Assembly: GCA_050117845.1 (NCBI GenBank)
Contig: JASFLY010000020.1
Span: 1-54,918 of the forward strand
Direction: 5' to 3'
Source: Candidatus Zixiibacteriota bacterium
Lineage (GTDB): Bacteria; RBG-13-66-14; B26-G2; WVWN01
DNA: 54,918 bases
Of the stretch, positions 53,598 through 54,918 are shown in pieces; within the stretch, counting starts at the first letter, position 1, and the number at the start of each line of letters is the position of its first letter. Below the pieces are notes generated by a model that was not told the DNA's origin, did not search any database, and saw only the letters and a list, made by a program, of their open reading frames with translations. The translations under genes and the position numbers were made by a program.

Positions 53598-54857
53598 ATG
53601 GCGAAAGAAAAAAGTAAAGAGGAAAAAGACAACGTCTTCATGACCGCAAAGGAAGCCGTCGAGGCTTTCCGGCGCGGCGACGTGATAATTTGCACCGACG
53701 ACGAGGACCGCGAGAACGAGGGCGACTTCATCGCCGCGGCCCAGTCGATGACGCCGGAAATAATCAACTTCATGGCGACGCACGGCCGGGGGATGATCTG
53801 CGCCCCGCTGTCCGAGGAACGGGCGGAAGTGCTGGGCCTCTCCCCGATGACCGCCGAGAATACCGGCCTTATGGGGACGCCGTTCACGGTTACGGTCGAC
53901 GCGGTGGAGGGGACGTCGACCGGCATCTCCGCGGCCGACCGCGCGAGGACCGTCGTCCTCCTCTCCGACGAGGACGCCCGTCCCCACCAGTTCGCCCGGC
54001 CGGGCCACATCTTCCCGCTGCGGGCGAAACCGGGCGGCGTGCTCGAGCGGGCGGGCCACACCGAGGCCGTGGTGGACCTGGCTCGCCTCGCCGGCCTGGC
54101 GCCCGTGGGCGTCCTGTGCGAGATAATGAACGAGGACGGCACGATGGCCCGGATGCCGGAGCTTCAGGAGGTGGCCCGTCGCCACGGCCTCGGCATCGTC
54201 ACCATCCACGACATCATCGAGTACCGCCGCCGGCACGAGAAGCTGGTGCGGGACATCCTTACCGCGCCCCTGCCCACCGTACACGGCGAATTCACCCTGC
54301 ACGTGTATCAGTCCCGAATAAACCCGGACGAACACCACCTGGCCCTCGTCATGGGCGACGTAGCGGGGAAGCAGAACGTTTTGGTTCGGGTCCACTCTCA
54401 GTGCCTGACGGGCGACGTCTTCCACTCGCTCCGATGCGATTGCGGCGACCAGGTGCAACTCGCGATGGAGAGGATTGCGGACGCCGGCGAGGGCGTGCTG
54501 CTTTATATGCGGCAGGAGGGCCGAGGGATCGGCCTCCTCAATAAAATAAAAACGTACGTATTGCAGGACGAGGGCGTCGACACGGTGGACGCCAACGTCC
54601 TGTTGGGCTTCAAGCCCGACGAACGGCATTACGGCATCGGGGCGCAGATCCTGGCCGACCTGGGCCTGTCCACCATTCGCCTCATGACCAACAACCCGAC
54701 CAAGAAGGTGGGCCTCGAGGCCTACGGCCTGACTATCGTGGAACAACTTCCCATCCAGGTCGGGGCCACGAAGGTAAATTACGAGTATCTCAGGACCAAA
54801 AAGGAACGGATGGGTCACCTGCTCGACCTGGACGAATGCGAGAATAAGGACGGCTAG
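53598..54857 (+). CDS. ribBA: Bifunctional DHBP synthase / GTP cyclohydrolase II
   Basis: DDEDRENEGD, RPGHIFPL, R.GHTEA, RVHSQCLTGD, RCDCG, QEGRGIGL, TNNP. Confidence 0.98.
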   Translation: MAKEKSKEEKDNVFMTAKEAVEAFRRGDVIICTDDEDRENEGDFIAAAQSMTPEIINFMATHGRGMICAPLSEERAEVLGLSPMTAENTGLMGTPFTVTVDAVEGTSTGISAADRARTVVLLSDEDARPHQFARPGHIFPLRAKPGGVLERAGHTEAVVDLARLAGLAPVGVLCEIMNEDGTMARMPELQEVARRHGLGIVTIHDIIEYRRRHEKLVRDILTAPLPTVHGEFTLHVYQSRINPDEHHLALVMGDVAGKQNVLVRVHSQCLTGDVFHSLRCDCGDQVQLAMERIADAGEGVLLYMRQEGRGIGLLNKIKTYVLQDEGVDTVDANVLLGFKPDERHYGIGAQILADLGLSTIRLMTNNPTKKVGLEAYGLTIVEQLPIQVGATKVNYEYLRTKKERMGHLLDLDECENKDG

Positions 54858-54918
54858 GGGCGGCCCGGGCACGGCCCGGGGCGCGAACGAAGACGACCAA
54901 TCTTCAGAAAAAGCCGGA

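Overview
GC-rich bacterial chromosomal window from an apparently uncultured lineage; candidate-phylum status is an inference from the divergent 16S 5' end, a T9SS-like C-terminal domain and a shared C-terminal motif. It starts in the 5' end of a 16S rRNA gene. The accessory region (0.5-14.7 kb) is dense in REP-like palindromes and holds two Y1/HUH transposases, a type IIG restriction-modification gene and a duplicated pair of beta-propeller lipoprotein genes. The rest is mostly housekeeping and envelope genes: nfo, secG, tpiA, recJ, tRNA-Ile, tRNA-Ala, tRNA-Sec, a Met gamma-lyase-like enzyme, a DtxR-feoA-feoB operon, mscS, fprA, PBP1A and ribD-ribE-ribBA, plus an AT-rich ATPase/TOPRIM-like pair. 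Two observations stand out. (1) A secreted beta-helix protein gene (13933-14685, minus) reads through an in-frame UGA in a C-P-G-U motif followed by a SECIS-like hairpin, with tRNA-Sec in the same window; the read-through part carries a C-terminal motif shared with another secreted protein. (2) Downstream of the R-M gene lies a cassette-like array of repeated copies of that gene's own 3' end, each stopped by a REP-derived TAG and interleaved with a HEPN-motif gene and a RAYT gene. Two genes (nfo, pflX-like) are frameshifted at homopolymers. All calls are by eye; no searches were run.
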